Shown: positions 1-11,654, numbered from the whole stretch's first letter. The stretch: DNA of 56,583 nt, filler included, from Squatina squatina (GCA_031763465.1; 3 parts of 3 records of this genome joined end to end with filler, not necessarily neighbours in it), one strand, 5' to 3'. The notes: generated by a model not told the origin, from the sequence alone. Program-made: numbers and translations.

Positions 1-738
1 GAATAGAACTTAATCTGATACAAGTAACTGCATACAAGTACAATAGGGATTATAAAGTTAAAAAAAAACTGCAGTGGATGCTGAAGCTAGATTTATCCAT
101 GACTGCTTAAGTATAAAGGGAATCCTCATTGCTGCTCTTTGCAACATTGTTCCCACCTTTTTACCCAAAAGAAAATTGCAACAAAACCCATTTGTCACGG
201 CAATGAATAAAGAATAACTTCATTCCATGGCTCTGCGTCATTACTGATCTTCATAAATAACTATTAAGATACTATTCTCCTGAAGCATATTTAAGATAGG
301 CACAAGCGTCTACTGGCTTTGCATTTTTAAGTACTGATGTGGCGTATAATGTAGTTCTATACACTGGACCCGTATATAAATACATCTTGAATAATTTGCC
401 TCAAGTAATTTGAACTTACAGGAGACACGAAGCAGGAAAAAAGGACTTAAAAAAAATAGGATTGAATCACTTTTCATTTATAAAACAGCTGCATCAACTT
501 GGATTTGATTTGGTGTTTTTGTTTCCATCTTCTTTTAGTCAGGCTTGGAACCACGTGCTGAGCATGCCTTCATTACATTCCATCACATGCACGCATGGAG
601 CAGTCAAATGGGCTAGCACCAATTACACAGGCAAGGTGCTTAAAAGTATATAGAACTGCATTCTTCTGCCTACTGCATCCTCTGAATCGAAAAACATTCT
701 ATTGTTACATGTAAACGGCTGTATTATAACAATGCAAT
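1..738 (-). other. SIAH2: Probable SIAH2 3' UTR, likely extending beyond the window start
   Basis: AT-rich sequence with no recognisable repeats, directly downstream of the TGA stop at 739-741. No clear minus-strand AATAAA seen. Confidence 0.65.
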
Positions 739-1258
739 TCAGCACATTGAGATCGTAACGTTAATACCCAGGTTCCCATGATCTGCAAAAAGATGAGCTA
801 TGGAGGTATCGAAGACTAAGCAATCACTATTCATGATTGCTGCTGCAACCCCATCATGAATAGACCTTGGAGTGGCCTCCCACGTGAGCCGTCTACGGTT
901 TCCGTTCAGTTCCAGTCTGTAGGCAAAGTTTTCAGCTTGCTTACGTGTGCCTATTAGAAGAACAATAGCAAAGAATTGTTGGTGACCCTCATACTTCTCT
1001 TGTTTCTCTAGCACCAGCATGAAGTGGTGACCAAAGCAGGATTGCATCATAACCCAATCCACGGCACCAGGAAGGTTGATGTCAGTTGCCAGAAATACTA
1101 TGTCCTCCCCTTGCAGAGTTGTAATGCTTTTGTGTGCATGCATGAGGTGAGGCATGACTGCCTCCAATGATCCTTGCCACTTGCAGGAGGCTCCTGGGCA
1201 AGGGCACATGTATGGGCGACATTCACATACTTCTTCATGTTCCGGTTTCTCTGTGTGG
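739..1258 (-). CDS. SIAH2: E3 ubiquitin ligase SIAH2, coding exon 2 (zinc fingers and substrate-binding domain); 5' end lies in an N gap
   Basis: Reads [79 protein letters not shown]...[12 protein letters not shown]. Residues KPEH, HAHKS, GHHF, YEGHQQ, VLLIG, GNRRR and HDGVAAAI match SIAH2 rather than SIAH1. The acceptor and about 11 codons fall in gap 1259-1358. Confidence 0.96.
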
Positions 1259-2898
1259 NNNNNNNNNNNNNNNNNNNNNNNNNNNNNNNNNNNNNNNNNN
1301 NNNNNNNNNNNNNNNNNNNNNNNNNNNNNNNNNNNNNNNNNNNNNNNNNNNNNNNNNNGTGGTGGATTTCTGGAGAATGAAGGATCTAATGAAATAGTGA
1401 GCAGGTAGATGGGGTGAAGATTGAAAGGGGACAGGTTTCGTTAGAATAACAGCCTTGCTGCTCCAAAAATGTGTTATGCTCATAGTACTTAATCTCAATC
1501 ACATCTTCCATCCATCAAAAAACTAACTGCCATCCATCAAGGCATCACTGTCAAGACAATTTAAAAAAGCTGTGCTACTTGATGCAGTGACTAGTCTTAG
1601 CTTTTAATACATACTCAATAAATACCATTGTTAATTGCAACACATTTTCCAGAGGTTGTTCAAGTGCCACCCACATGTTTTTTTCCCTTCTCTATCATAT
1701 TTCATGATGACATTTTCATACATCAGTGACGATAGTTAAACAGCTGCATCAACTAAATGAATACTACAGAACCGCCAGTAAATAATTTTTAAGATGTGGT
1801 TTAGATTGCTTTGCAGAATCGTGAATGTTGCCAGCTATTCTGCAGTCCAGCGTCTGTATTATAAACTGCCATGTATGCCAGAATATACAGCTACTGTATA
1901 GAAATATCCTTCACTGCTGTCAGTACTAATGGCATTTTAGAGTTAATTTTACAATAAACCATATTAAAGGAAGACATACTGTTCTGAAATGATTTTGAAC
2001 ATTAGTATCACCTTTCCCTGTTGCAAGTGTGATAGATTATAAATTCCATTATCTTATGAATTTTGCATTGCCAGTCTTCCAAAAGCCTTTTAGGTTTAAT
2101 TTATCAACTGCAGGTCATATGCATTACACCCCTGCTGAAGAATGGAAAGAAGAACTAGCTGTCACGATGTTTTACTGATGCTTACCACTATGCTTTTATG
2201 CTACTCATAAGTGTATAGACAATTAAATAAATTTATTACTCAAGTGTTGTCACTTGAATAATTTATTCAACTGTGGGAATTGGGAGTACTTTCCCATACT
2301 GTACTCAACCCACAGTACCACCTCTATGTTGATGCTCTGAAAATAGACATTTTTTAATGTCAGTCCTGGTCTAAATTTGACATTTAAGAACACAATTAGC
2401 AGTTTAAAAATTGACTTAAAATAATCTTCAAATTTGCCTTCAAGGAATTAATGTCTGGTTACTGGCAAAGGCATGAACAGGGATTAGGTTTTTATGGAAT
2501 GAGAGGAATATAGAAATTAAAACTCACATGACAATCTTGGATAAGAAGAATCCAAGTTATCAGGAAATGTCTAAGAAACTGGGCTAGTGTGCATTATGGA
2601 GGTGAGCTACAGATTAGTCAAAAGGCAAAGCTGTTGTCAGCAACAAAAAATCCAAACCAGATTTCTGTGAAACATTTTTAAGAAGCTACTTGGCTGAGGT
2701 GGTAATGATGGAAAACAGGACATGTGACATTATCACATCATTACTGCCTTGTAAATAAACCTAGCCATTTTAGGGCAAGCACGAAGAACATCTGCCAGNN
2801 NNNNNNNNNNNNNNNNNNNNNNNNNNNNNNNNNNNNNNNNNNNNNNNNNNNNNNNNNNNNNNNNNNNNNNNNNNNNNNNNNNNNNNNNNNNNNNNNNN

Positions 2899-3668
2899 AA
2901 AAACAGAAAGGCAGAGTATTATTTAAATGGTGATATATTGGGAAATGTTGATGTACAAAGGGACCTGGGTGTCCTGGTACACCAGTCAATGAAAGCAAAC
3001 AGGCAAGTGCAGCAAGCAGTTAGAAAGGCAAATGGTATGTTGGCCTTCATTTCAAGAGGATTTGAGTACAGAAGTAAGGAGGTCTTACTGCAGTTATACA
3101 GGGCCTCGATGAGATCACACCTGGAGTATTGTGTGCAGTTTTGGTCTCCCTACCTAAGGAAGGATATACTTGCCATAGAGGATGTGCAGCGAAGATTCAC
3201 CAGACTGATACCTGGGATGGCAGGACTGTTGTATGAGGAGAGATTGGGTCGACTAGGCCTGTATTCACTAGAGTTTAAAAGAATGAGAGGGGATCTCATT
3301 GAAACGTATAAAATTCTGACAGGGTCCGACAGACTAGATGCAGGGAGGATGTTTTACCTAGTTGGGGAGTCTAGAACCCGGGAACACAGTCTCAGGATAT
3401 GGGGTAGGCCATTTAGGACTGAGGTGAGGAAAAATCTCTTCACACAGAGGGTAGTGAACCTGTGGAATTCTCTACCACAGAAGGCTGTGGAGGCTGGGTC
3501 ACTGAGTATACTCAAGGAGGAGATAGATAGATTTTTTAGACACTAAAGGCATCAAGTGTATGAGGAGAAAGCGGGAATATGGCATTGAGAGAGGATCAGC
3601 CAAGATCATATTAAATGGTGGAGCAGGCTCGAAGGGCCGAATGGCCTACTCCTGCTCCTATTTTTCTA
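2899..3668 (+). mobile_element. CR1-clade LINE 3' fragment (ORF2 C-terminus and 3' tail) in the SIAH2 intron
   Basis: ORF 2938-3546 reads DLGVLV...KANGMLAFI...HLEYCVQFWSP...RMRGDLIETYKI...FTQRVVNLWNSLP. Tail gaatggcctactcctgctcctat. Confidence 0.93.
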
Positions 3669-4353
3669 ACATCTCCCTTAATCAGATTCATACCACTCCA
3701 TCAGCTGCCAACTCACAACCTTCATATGGCCAACGCCAACACCAATGTATAAAGTTGCCAGACTTTCCAAGAACACCCAGTCTTAAAGAAAAAGTATTCT
3801 TCTGCCCTGCTTGCTGTAGCAAATCTGGCAACATTATACTTTGGTGTTTCTGTTGGCTGTAAGAAATCTAAAAGGCCAAGAGTCAGGTGTATAAATAAGG
3901 CACTTGTGCCTTGGTGACCAGAACCATTCGTCCATAAACAACCCCCAGGGCTGAGAGACAGATGGACCATTGGAAAGCAGGTTTACTGGTACTTGAATCT
4001 AGGGGAATGCAGAAACCAGTCATCTGGGGCAACTCTACAAAAGAGAATTTATTTGACCCTGGAAGCGGACAAAGGCTTTTTCCTTGAAGCATGTCTCCTG
4101 CCACCCAGCAACACTGAGCAGGAGTCACATTCACCATCTGCAGGCAGCTATCCAAGAGGCAACACACCAATCACAACTTCCTATTCTTAAACGCCTGGAA
4201 TTGTGGAAAGGTGACAAGATAATGAGGGCTGGGCTGTGGAATTTGAAACCCATGCAGACAGCAGTGATGCAAAGGGTGAACCAAGAGAAAGAGAGACAAT
4301 GAAAGCTGTCACTGCAGACCCTGAACCACAACAGACAGAAGAAGGGACCTTAC

Positions 4354-4731
4354 CTTACAAGGGAAGAGCACGGCCGAAGCTACTTTCTCCATGGCCAGGT
4401 TCCTGATGCTGGGGGTGAGTGGTCCCCTGCAGGTCGGGCAGCAGGAAAGTTTCTGTCGGCACTGGTTACACACCAAGTGCCCGGCCTGGCACTGCAGGAT
4501 GGGCGGCAGCACATAGTCAAAGCAGACGGGGCACTCAAAGAGGGAAGTGAGTTCGGGCTGCGGCGGGGTGGATCCTCCGGCTGCGGCCGCCGCCGCTGCT
4601 GCCGCCGCTGCGATTGCCGGATTGCCGCCGCTGCCGCCTCCTCCTCCCCCCCCAGCTGCGGCCGCCGCCACAGCCGCCGTCGCCGTGTGCTTCCCCGTCT
4701 TCCCGCCGCCGGCTGACGAGGGTCGGCTCAT
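4354..4731 (-). CDS. SIAH2: SIAH2 coding exon 1 (Ala/Gly-rich N-terminus and RING finger)
   Basis: ATG at 4731-4729 in gccATG context gives MSRPSS. RING: [35 protein letters not shown]. Ends FPCK, followed by donor AAG|GTAAGG at 4353. Length 378 nt = 126 codons. The intron position matches vertebrate SIAH2. Confidence 0.96.
4579..4686 (-). repeat. GCN/GGN trinucleotide tracts encoding poly-Ala and poly-Gly in SIAH2 exon 1
   Basis: Plus-strand gccgccgccgctgctgccgccgctg and similar runs; encodes [36 protein letters not shown]. Confidence 0.9.
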
Positions 4732-5146
4732 GGCGAACGACGCTCCAGCCGACAACGCATTCAAAACAACGGCTGACTTTACTTTAAAAACTGAAGTCAC
4801 TCTCAAAAAGAACACAGCAATTCTCCCCCGGCTAAATCGCGCCGCCAGCCGCGCGGCCTCGTCCTTTCCTTGTTATTAACGCCATTATTATTATTATTTC
4901 TGAAGCCAACGTCCCCTCTCACGGCTTGTGCGTAAACATGGCGGCGGCGCTTCATCGTGCAACCGACTAGGGAGGTGGGGCTTATCCCTTGGTTACTACT
5001 GCCAATCAGCGTCGGCTTCGCGGGACAACAGTGTCGCTGATTGGCTCAGAGCGGGGGGAGGGTCAGCTACGTCCGACTGCATCACGTGAAGGGGAGACGT
5101 CAACCAGTAGGAGGCGCAAAGCTCCCCGGGAGTTATAGTTCGCCGG
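4732..5146 (-). promoter_or_regulatory. SIAH2: SIAH2 5' UTR and CpG-island promoter
   Basis: High CpG density from about 4370 to 5146. YY1-like AACATGGCGGC at ~4935-4945, opposed CCAAT boxes at 5001-5011 and 5035-5045, a GC-box-like element at ~5051-5062, and E-box TCACGTGA at 5082-5089. Confidence 0.8.
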
Positions 5147-5246
5147 NNNNNNNNNNNNNNNNNNNNNNNNNNNNNNNNNNNNNNNNNNNNNNNNNNNNNN
5201 NNNNNNNNNNNNNNNNNNNNNNNNNNNNNNNNNNNNNNNNNNNNNN

Positions 5247-6271
5247 CCTGCACCCCCTTTGGAATTGTCCCCTTTATATGCCTATAGAAAACTTTTTGAT
5301 TCCCTTCTATGTTAGCTGGCATTCTATTCTCATACTCTCTTTGTCCCTCTTATTTCCTTTTTCACGTCCTTTCTGAACTTTCTACATTCAGCCTGGTTCT
5401 CACTTGTATTCACAACTTGATGCCTGTCATAAGCCCCTTTTATCTGCTTCATCTTACTCTCTATCTCTTTTGTCTTCCAGGGAGTTCTGGCTTTGGTTGC
5501 CCTACTTTTCCCCCTCGTGGGAATATACCTTGACTGTACCAGATCTATCTCCTCTTTAAAGGCAGCCCATTGTTTAATTACAACACTGCCTGTCAATCTT
5601 TGATTCCAATTTACTCAGGCCAGGTCCGTTTTCAACCCATTGAAATTGGCACTCCTCGAATTAAGTATTTTAACTCTAGACTGCTCTTTGACTTTCTCCA
5701 CAGCTAGTCTAAACCTTATGATACTGTGATCACTGTTCCCTAAGTGTTCCCCTACTGACACTAGCTCCAGTTGACCCACTTCATTCCCTAGAACCAGCTC
5801 CTGCAAGGCCTCCGTCCTCGTTGGGTCAGAAACTTATTGATCAAGAATGTTCTCCTGAACACACTTCAGAAATTCTTCCCCTTCTCTGCCCTTTACACTA
5901 TTACTATTCAAGTTTATATTAGATTAATTGAAGTCAGCCATTATCACTACTTATAATCATTGCACCTCTCTGTAATCTCCCTGCAAATTTGCTCCTCTAT
6001 ATCCTTCCCACAAGCAGGTGGTCTACAGAATACACCTAGTAGTGTGATGGCATCTTGATTGTTTCTTAACTCTAACCAAATAGATTGTGTCCTTGATGCC
6101 TTCAGGGCATCCTCTCTCTCCAAAACTGTAATATTCTCCTTAAATCAATGCTGCCACCCACCTCCCTTCTTCCCTTCCCTATCTTTCCTGGACACCTTAT
6201 ATCGAGGAATATTTAGTATCCAATCCTGCCCTTTTTTTGAGCAACATCTGCATTATTACCACAACGTCATA
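5247..6271 (-). mobile_element. Degenerate CR1-clade LINE, endonuclease and linker region
   Basis: Minus-strand peptides ELVLGNEVGQ...VGEHLGNSDHSIIRF, QWAAFKEEI...YIP and NQKVFYRHIK, interrupted by stops and frameshifts. Confidence 0.88.
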
Positions 6272-6933
6272 NNNNNNNNNNNNNNNNNNNNNNNNNNNNN
6301 NNNNNNNNNNNNNNNNNNNNNNNNNNNNNNNNNNNNNNNNNNNNNNNNNNNNNNNNNNNNNNNNNNNNNNNACTCAGAGGCGAGAGTGCTCCCCACTGAG
6401 CCATCGCTGACAAGAAGAGGATTTGTGAGCCTTGTTGATTGCCCATGGTTACACCAGACTCTGTCCCTCCACCAAACTCCACCACTGGCCCTGCTGATGT
6501 CCACAGGGCCAGGAGGAGGGTCCTTCAGAGGGTGGTGTTTGGCAGTGTGGGGATACGTCTGCAGTGCCCCTCATCCGCTTTGGCGAGAGGAATGGTGAAG
6601 TGTCGCAAAAGCCTACAGAAAGTATGATGTGGCGTAAGTGATGCTGTAAGTCACTTACTCCATAATTTCCTCTTTTGCACTATTACAATGGCATAAGTAC
6701 CCAGGAAAATCTGGCCATTGGCACCAAGCACACCCTGCAAGGAGCTGTCTGGCCCTTGTGTCAATGTAACCGCTGCAGGGTTCATTAATACCTGGGATTA
6801 CATTAACCTCGGTTCATACAAACAAACATGGATTTGGATCTGCGATTTTCAAATTAGTCCCAATGGATTGGTGTGGAGTAATTTATAAAAATAGGACATT
6901 ATTAGGAACTCCCCAGGGAGCTTGTAATCCTTG

Positions 6934-8250
6934 TCAAATGGCTTTCAATGTAATCTGTATCAGTATAAAATTACTGAAGCCAAAGTTATCTGAAACAATT
7001 TTTTCTGAAAGCAAATTTAACTGAGAAGAACGTGGACTTTCACTTGTTTTGTCAGCTGTTTCCTGCAAAAGGGATTCTATCATTTGTGAAAAAATGGAAA
7101 CCAATGCTTCTGTTAACAATTCCTCAGACAAATCATCTAGTGCAATAGAACTTTCACTAGAGTGTGGTTTATCATTTTCACGTGCCTCTGAGGTCAGCTG
7201 TTTTTCATAAGGAATACTAGCCCATATATTACATAGGGCTGTTTGAACTAGACTCTCTGCTTCACTGCTTCCAGTTGAATAAGATGGTTCTTCAGTTGAA
7301 GAGACAGAAAGCTTTCTGTTTGCAAAATATAGTGGACAAGTGTAGGTTGCATCATATGAATCTATTTGTCTTAAAGATGATGGCTCGATGGCTGTCAGTG
7401 CACATATGCTCTCTTTGTCAGAATGCATTAATNNNNNNNNNNNNNNNNNNNNNNNNNNNNNNNNNNNNNNNNNNNNNNNNNNNNNNNNNNNNNNNNNNNN
7501 NNNNNNNNNNNNNNNNNNNNNNNNNNNNNNNNNNNNNNNNNNNNNNNNNNNNNNNNNNNNNNNNNNNNNNNNNNNNNNNNNNNNNNNNNNNNNNNNNNNN
7601 NNTGGTTTTTGTAAAATTGAATCTGTAACACGTGACAAAGTTTTCTCTCCTTCCATGCACAATAATTTATTGAGTCCATCAACTGAAAGAAAGCTTTCAT
7701 CATAAGGTTTTGTATCACAAACTGGTGCTGTTGGGATCCATGATGTAACAGTTTCTTTTCGTGTTAATGGGCATACTCTATCATATCCAAGGTCATCAGC
7801 AGCTGTATACTTGTTTTCCTTATCTTGCATGTCTCCTTCTTCTAGCCATTCTGATTGTGGCTTGTCAATAAATAAAGCCTGTTTTTTGCATTCTGTAATT
7901 TTCTGTATGATCTGTTTTGTTACTAGTTCCAGGAAAAAATCCTGTAGTTCTAGTCTGGTGGTATCATTTTTAAACTTATCAACCTCTTTCGTCCCATATA
8001 ACTGATCTAATTGATTCAGATATATACTATTCTTTACATATTCAGTGATGGATTTCACCACATGGGGTAGCAATACTACATCAATATTTTCAACCAGTTC
8101 AGGGTCTGAAGAGGTCCTTTTAGTATCTTGTTTCCAACATTCACAAATTATTTTTTCTTCACCACAGATCTGTTTTTCACCTGAATCAATCCGTGAGGGA
8201 AATAAACATGTGTCAAATTCATCCATCGTTCCAGAAACAAGTTTTTCAGC
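6934..8250 (-). CDS. FSIP2-like large exon, distal part after the frameshift
   Basis: Open frame of about 440 codons ending at TGA 6936-6934. Ser/Glu-rich with helices EAESLVQTALCNIW, LSEELLTEALVSIF and LLSEKIVS. Same composition as the upstream ORF. Confidence 0.62.
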   Translation of the reverse strand, partial: AEKLVSGTMDEFDTCLFPSRIDSGEKQICGEEKIICECWKQDTKRTSSDPELVENIDVVLLPHVVKSITEYVKNSIYLNQLDQLYGTKEVDKFKNDTTRLELQDFFLELVTKQIIQKITECKKQALFIDKPQSEWLEEGDMQDKENKYTAADDLGYDRVCPLTRKETVTSWIPTAPVCDTKPYDESFLSVDGLNKLLCMEGEKTLSRVTDSILQKPXXXXXXXXXXXXXXXXXXXXXXXXXXXXXXXXXXXXXXXXXXXXXXXXXXXXXXXXXLMHSDKESICALTAIEPSSLRQIDSYDATYTCPLYFANRKLSVSSTEEPSYSTGSSEAESLVQTALCNIWASIPYEKQLTSEARENDKPHSSESSIALDDLSEELLTEALVSIFSQMIESLLQETADKTSESPRSSQLNLLSEKIVSDNFGFSNFILIQITLKAI

Positions 8251-11200
8251 TCTTAGATCTGATAGATTCAGAAGATTCAGAAACCACAACATCTGAAACT
8301 TGATATTTCTTTTTTTCATCTAAGATGAACTGTACTAAATTATTTGCCATATTTTCATTAAGTGAAGCAGGTGCTTTAACAAATGGACATACTCCGTTTT
8401 CTTCATTTGATGGCTCAGATGTGATTACTGCATCAATTATATTTTCAACCAATGTTTCAGACATTTTTGTCAAGCCAGAAATACCTGGCTCGTGGTAACA
8501 TACCTCTGACATTTCCTCAGTCACACTATCTGCCACTGATGAAATGCTACTCAAATACACTTTTTCACAAACTGATTCTTGTGGTATGCTGAAAGATATT
8601 CTCTTTTTACTTGTTTTTGAGCTACTAGATGACTGTTCACTACTGATTGTTGGTGCAGTAGTATCTTTTGAACTAGTATCGACAATTGACATTTCACTGG
8701 CTGTTGTTTGTGATTGGCTCAGTTGCATTTCATTTGCACACACAGAACAACTAATGATGTGTTGAATCTGTTCCAAAATAAATCTGGTAAGGTCTACTGA
8801 AATTAAGTCAAAATATGATGCAACANNNNNNNNNNNNNNNNNNNNNNNNNNNNNNNNNTCCACAGGCTTTCTAAGAACTACCTGATTTTGCATTAGTGGT
8901 TTCAAAGAAAGAACTTTCTTGACTTGCTCAGTGACATCGTTTACAAAGTTAAGTGAAGTAAGCATATTAGCAAAAGGTATGTTTTGAAATGTACTCTTCA
9001 AGGTTGGTTCAGCTAAAGTCTCAGCTATGCTTGAATCTTGAACTTCATCTGTACAAGCATATTTCCTTTCCACCTCTCCAACAACTGCATTCACAAGTTC
9101 TTGAGAAACATCATTCACTTCACTTTTAAGTGCTATGAAGCTTAATGTGGAATCCACCTTCTGAAGTAAAATATCACTAATTTTTGAAACAATATCTTTT
9201 AAAACTTCTAGAGTAATTATAGCCTTAAGATCCTTTGCGTGAGATGGCATTAATTTTCTTTCTCCATCGATAATGTTTGTGATTTCCTGAGAAAAATTTT
9301 CATCACTTAAAAGCTGCTGTAAGGCAAACTTTATGAGTTCCTCTTTCATAAGTTTTGCTGTCTCAGTTGTCTTCTGTTCTGTTAAATCTTTAGAGCTAGA
9401 GACAAGCATCTCAGATTTTGTTTGTAGTATTTCATGAAGCCGGTTTGTGACTTGATCTCCAAATGTGCTGATGTGCCTTCTTCCTTCACATGGTGTTCCG
9501 GTGCGTTTTGCTACTTGCCCTGATTCAGATTTTAGTTCTTTATAGGATGCTAGTGATTTCTTTATTTCGTAATAAATAGCATTTAAAAAATCTGGGGAAG
9601 TTAGGCCGAGCTTACATGACTCAGACACAGAGCTTGACATATCATTAAACAGTTTGGTAAAACACTCAGTGAAACCTGAAGNNNNNNNNNNNNNNNNNNN
9701 NNNNNNNNNNNNNNNNNNNNNNNNNNNNNNNNNNNNNNNNNNNNNNNNNNNNNNNNNNNNNNNNNNNNNNNNNNNNNNNNNNNNNNNNNNNNNNNNNNNN
9801 NNNNNNNNNNNNNNNNNNNNNNNNNNNNNNNNNNNNNNNNNNNNNNNNNNNNNNNNNNNNNNNNNNNNNNNNNNNNNNNNNNNNNNNNNNNNNNNNNNNN
9901 NNNNNNNNNNNNNNNNNNNNNNNNNNNNNNNNNNNNNNNNNNNNNNNNNNNNNNNNNNNNNNNNNNNNNNNNNNNNNNNNNNNNNNNNNNNNNNNNNNNN
10001 NNNNNNNNNNNNNNNNNNNNNNNNNNNNNNNNNNNNNNNNNNNNNNNNNNNNNNNNNNNNNNNNNNNNNNNNNNNNNNNNNNNNNNNNNNNNNNNNNNNN
10101 NNNNNNNNNNNNNNNNNNNNNNNNNNNNNNNNNNNNNNNNNNNNNNNNNNNNNNNNNNNNNNNNNNNNNNNNNNNNNNNNNNNNNNNNNNNNNNNNNNNN
10201 NNNNNNNNNNNNNNNNNNNNNNNNNNNNTTTTGGAATGGCTTCTGGTAAGCGTTCTGGTTTGCTTCCTAATTTTTGAGTTTCTGATAAAGATTTTGTCGG
10301 AGTAATTGCAATCTTACTCAAAGATAATCTGCGCTTTTTGGACAATTTTTTAATAATAGGATCTTGTGCCAAAAAAGAGTTGCCTGGAGATTTCTGAAAT
10401 GCATCATCTGAAGATGACCTAGTTTCTTCTAAATACGTTGCCTTTCCTTTTACAGCTACTGCACTGGTTGGTGTTGCCTTTTCCCCTACAAATGCAGTTT
10501 CTGATGGTAATTCAGGTGTGTCCTTTGCAGCCTTTGACATTTCATGTTTGGAATCAATTACGTTTTCAGTTGGCAGATGGGCTTTACCTCCTAAAATATC
10601 AGTGATTGACTTCATTATTATGCTAAAGAGCTTCTCATACTGTGAATCAGGCACTGTTGAGCCAAATGGTATACCTTCATTTGGTTTTATAGGAGGTTTG
10701 GTATTACTGGCAAGTTGAGCCATTCTAACCTGAGAATCAGTTGTGGTAAGATCTTGGAATAGAAGACACTTTTGTAACAGGTTTCTAACTAGCTCCTCGG
10801 CAACTCCAGTTATTAACAACAAAGATACATGTGAAGGCACTGGTGCATCTTGGGGCCGAGATGCTGCAGATTGTGAAACATTAACATTTTGTTTTACTGA
10901 TTTTATTCCACTGAAAATAGTTGAAGCAATGTCAGGTGTTGATGTCATAGACTTCCGTCTTGTATGGGACCTTCTGGTATCAAGCCCTAAATTTGATGAT
11001 GAAATAGAAGCTTCTAAAATTGTATTCAAAACTTTGTTAATAATGTCATCTGAGGCAAGATTGATACCTGGGCTTGATACCAACTTGTCTAATTTTTCAA
11101 TAGTTGAAGGTGACTTCATCCATATCAACTCGATGTGTAATTTATTTGATGAAACTGCATCTGCTATTGCTTTTGCTGCATTCATAGATTTCTCTTGTTT

Positions 11201-11400
11201 TTGAGCAGACTTCTCAAAAGCTTCTGGGGCTGCCAGTATAGGAGGCAAAATCCTAGTTGTCATCAGATCAACTTGTGACAAATTGACAGGCACAGGCCTT
11301 TTTATCACAGTCGCCATCTGTCCAGTTGAATCACCAGCGATAAACTGTTTATGTTGGGAGTCAATTTTACTGAGATTTTCCAAATCATTGTCACCTTTTT
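8246..11400 (-). CDS. Very large coding exon, fibrous sheath-interacting protein 2-like (proximal part)
   Basis: Open frame of more than 1000 codons (about 190 are N). Strong acceptor cttttgattctttcttccaacAG (AG at 11402-11401). Recurrent amphipathic motifs ASDDIINKVLNTIL, VAEELVRNLLQKCL, VSQELVNAVVGEV, MSETLVENIIDAV and MANNLVQFILDE. Coding status is well supported; the FSIP2 label rests on motif resemblance only. Confidence 0.68.
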
Positions 11401-11654
11401 CTGTTGGAAGAAAGAATCAAAAGTTTCAATCAATATGGCCACTGGAAAGTCAGGGCAATTCTTATTTTTTTGGTGGGGGTTGGGGGAGACAGAGCAAATT
11501 GACCAGAGATTCTTTTTATGACTGAGAATCTGGAACAGGAAACGTTTATCCAGACCTTTGTGTCAGCATAGATTTTTTCACATTATTTACTCATCCCAAG
11601 ATGCACAATAAAGAAAATAAAGGCTTGTATCTATATAGTGCCTTTTATGACCTC

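Noticed and set aside
4732-4815. N-terminal extension of ORF 4309-4815 ([11 protein letters not shown]...) and read-through past FPCK
   Set aside because: The extension uses a non-ATG start from the ORF caller. The conserved start is MSRPSS at 4731, and the exon ends at the GT donor at 4353.
4477-4879. Plus-strand Ala/Pro/Arg-rich ORFs
   Set aside because: They are antisense shadows of the GC-rich SIAH2 exon 1.
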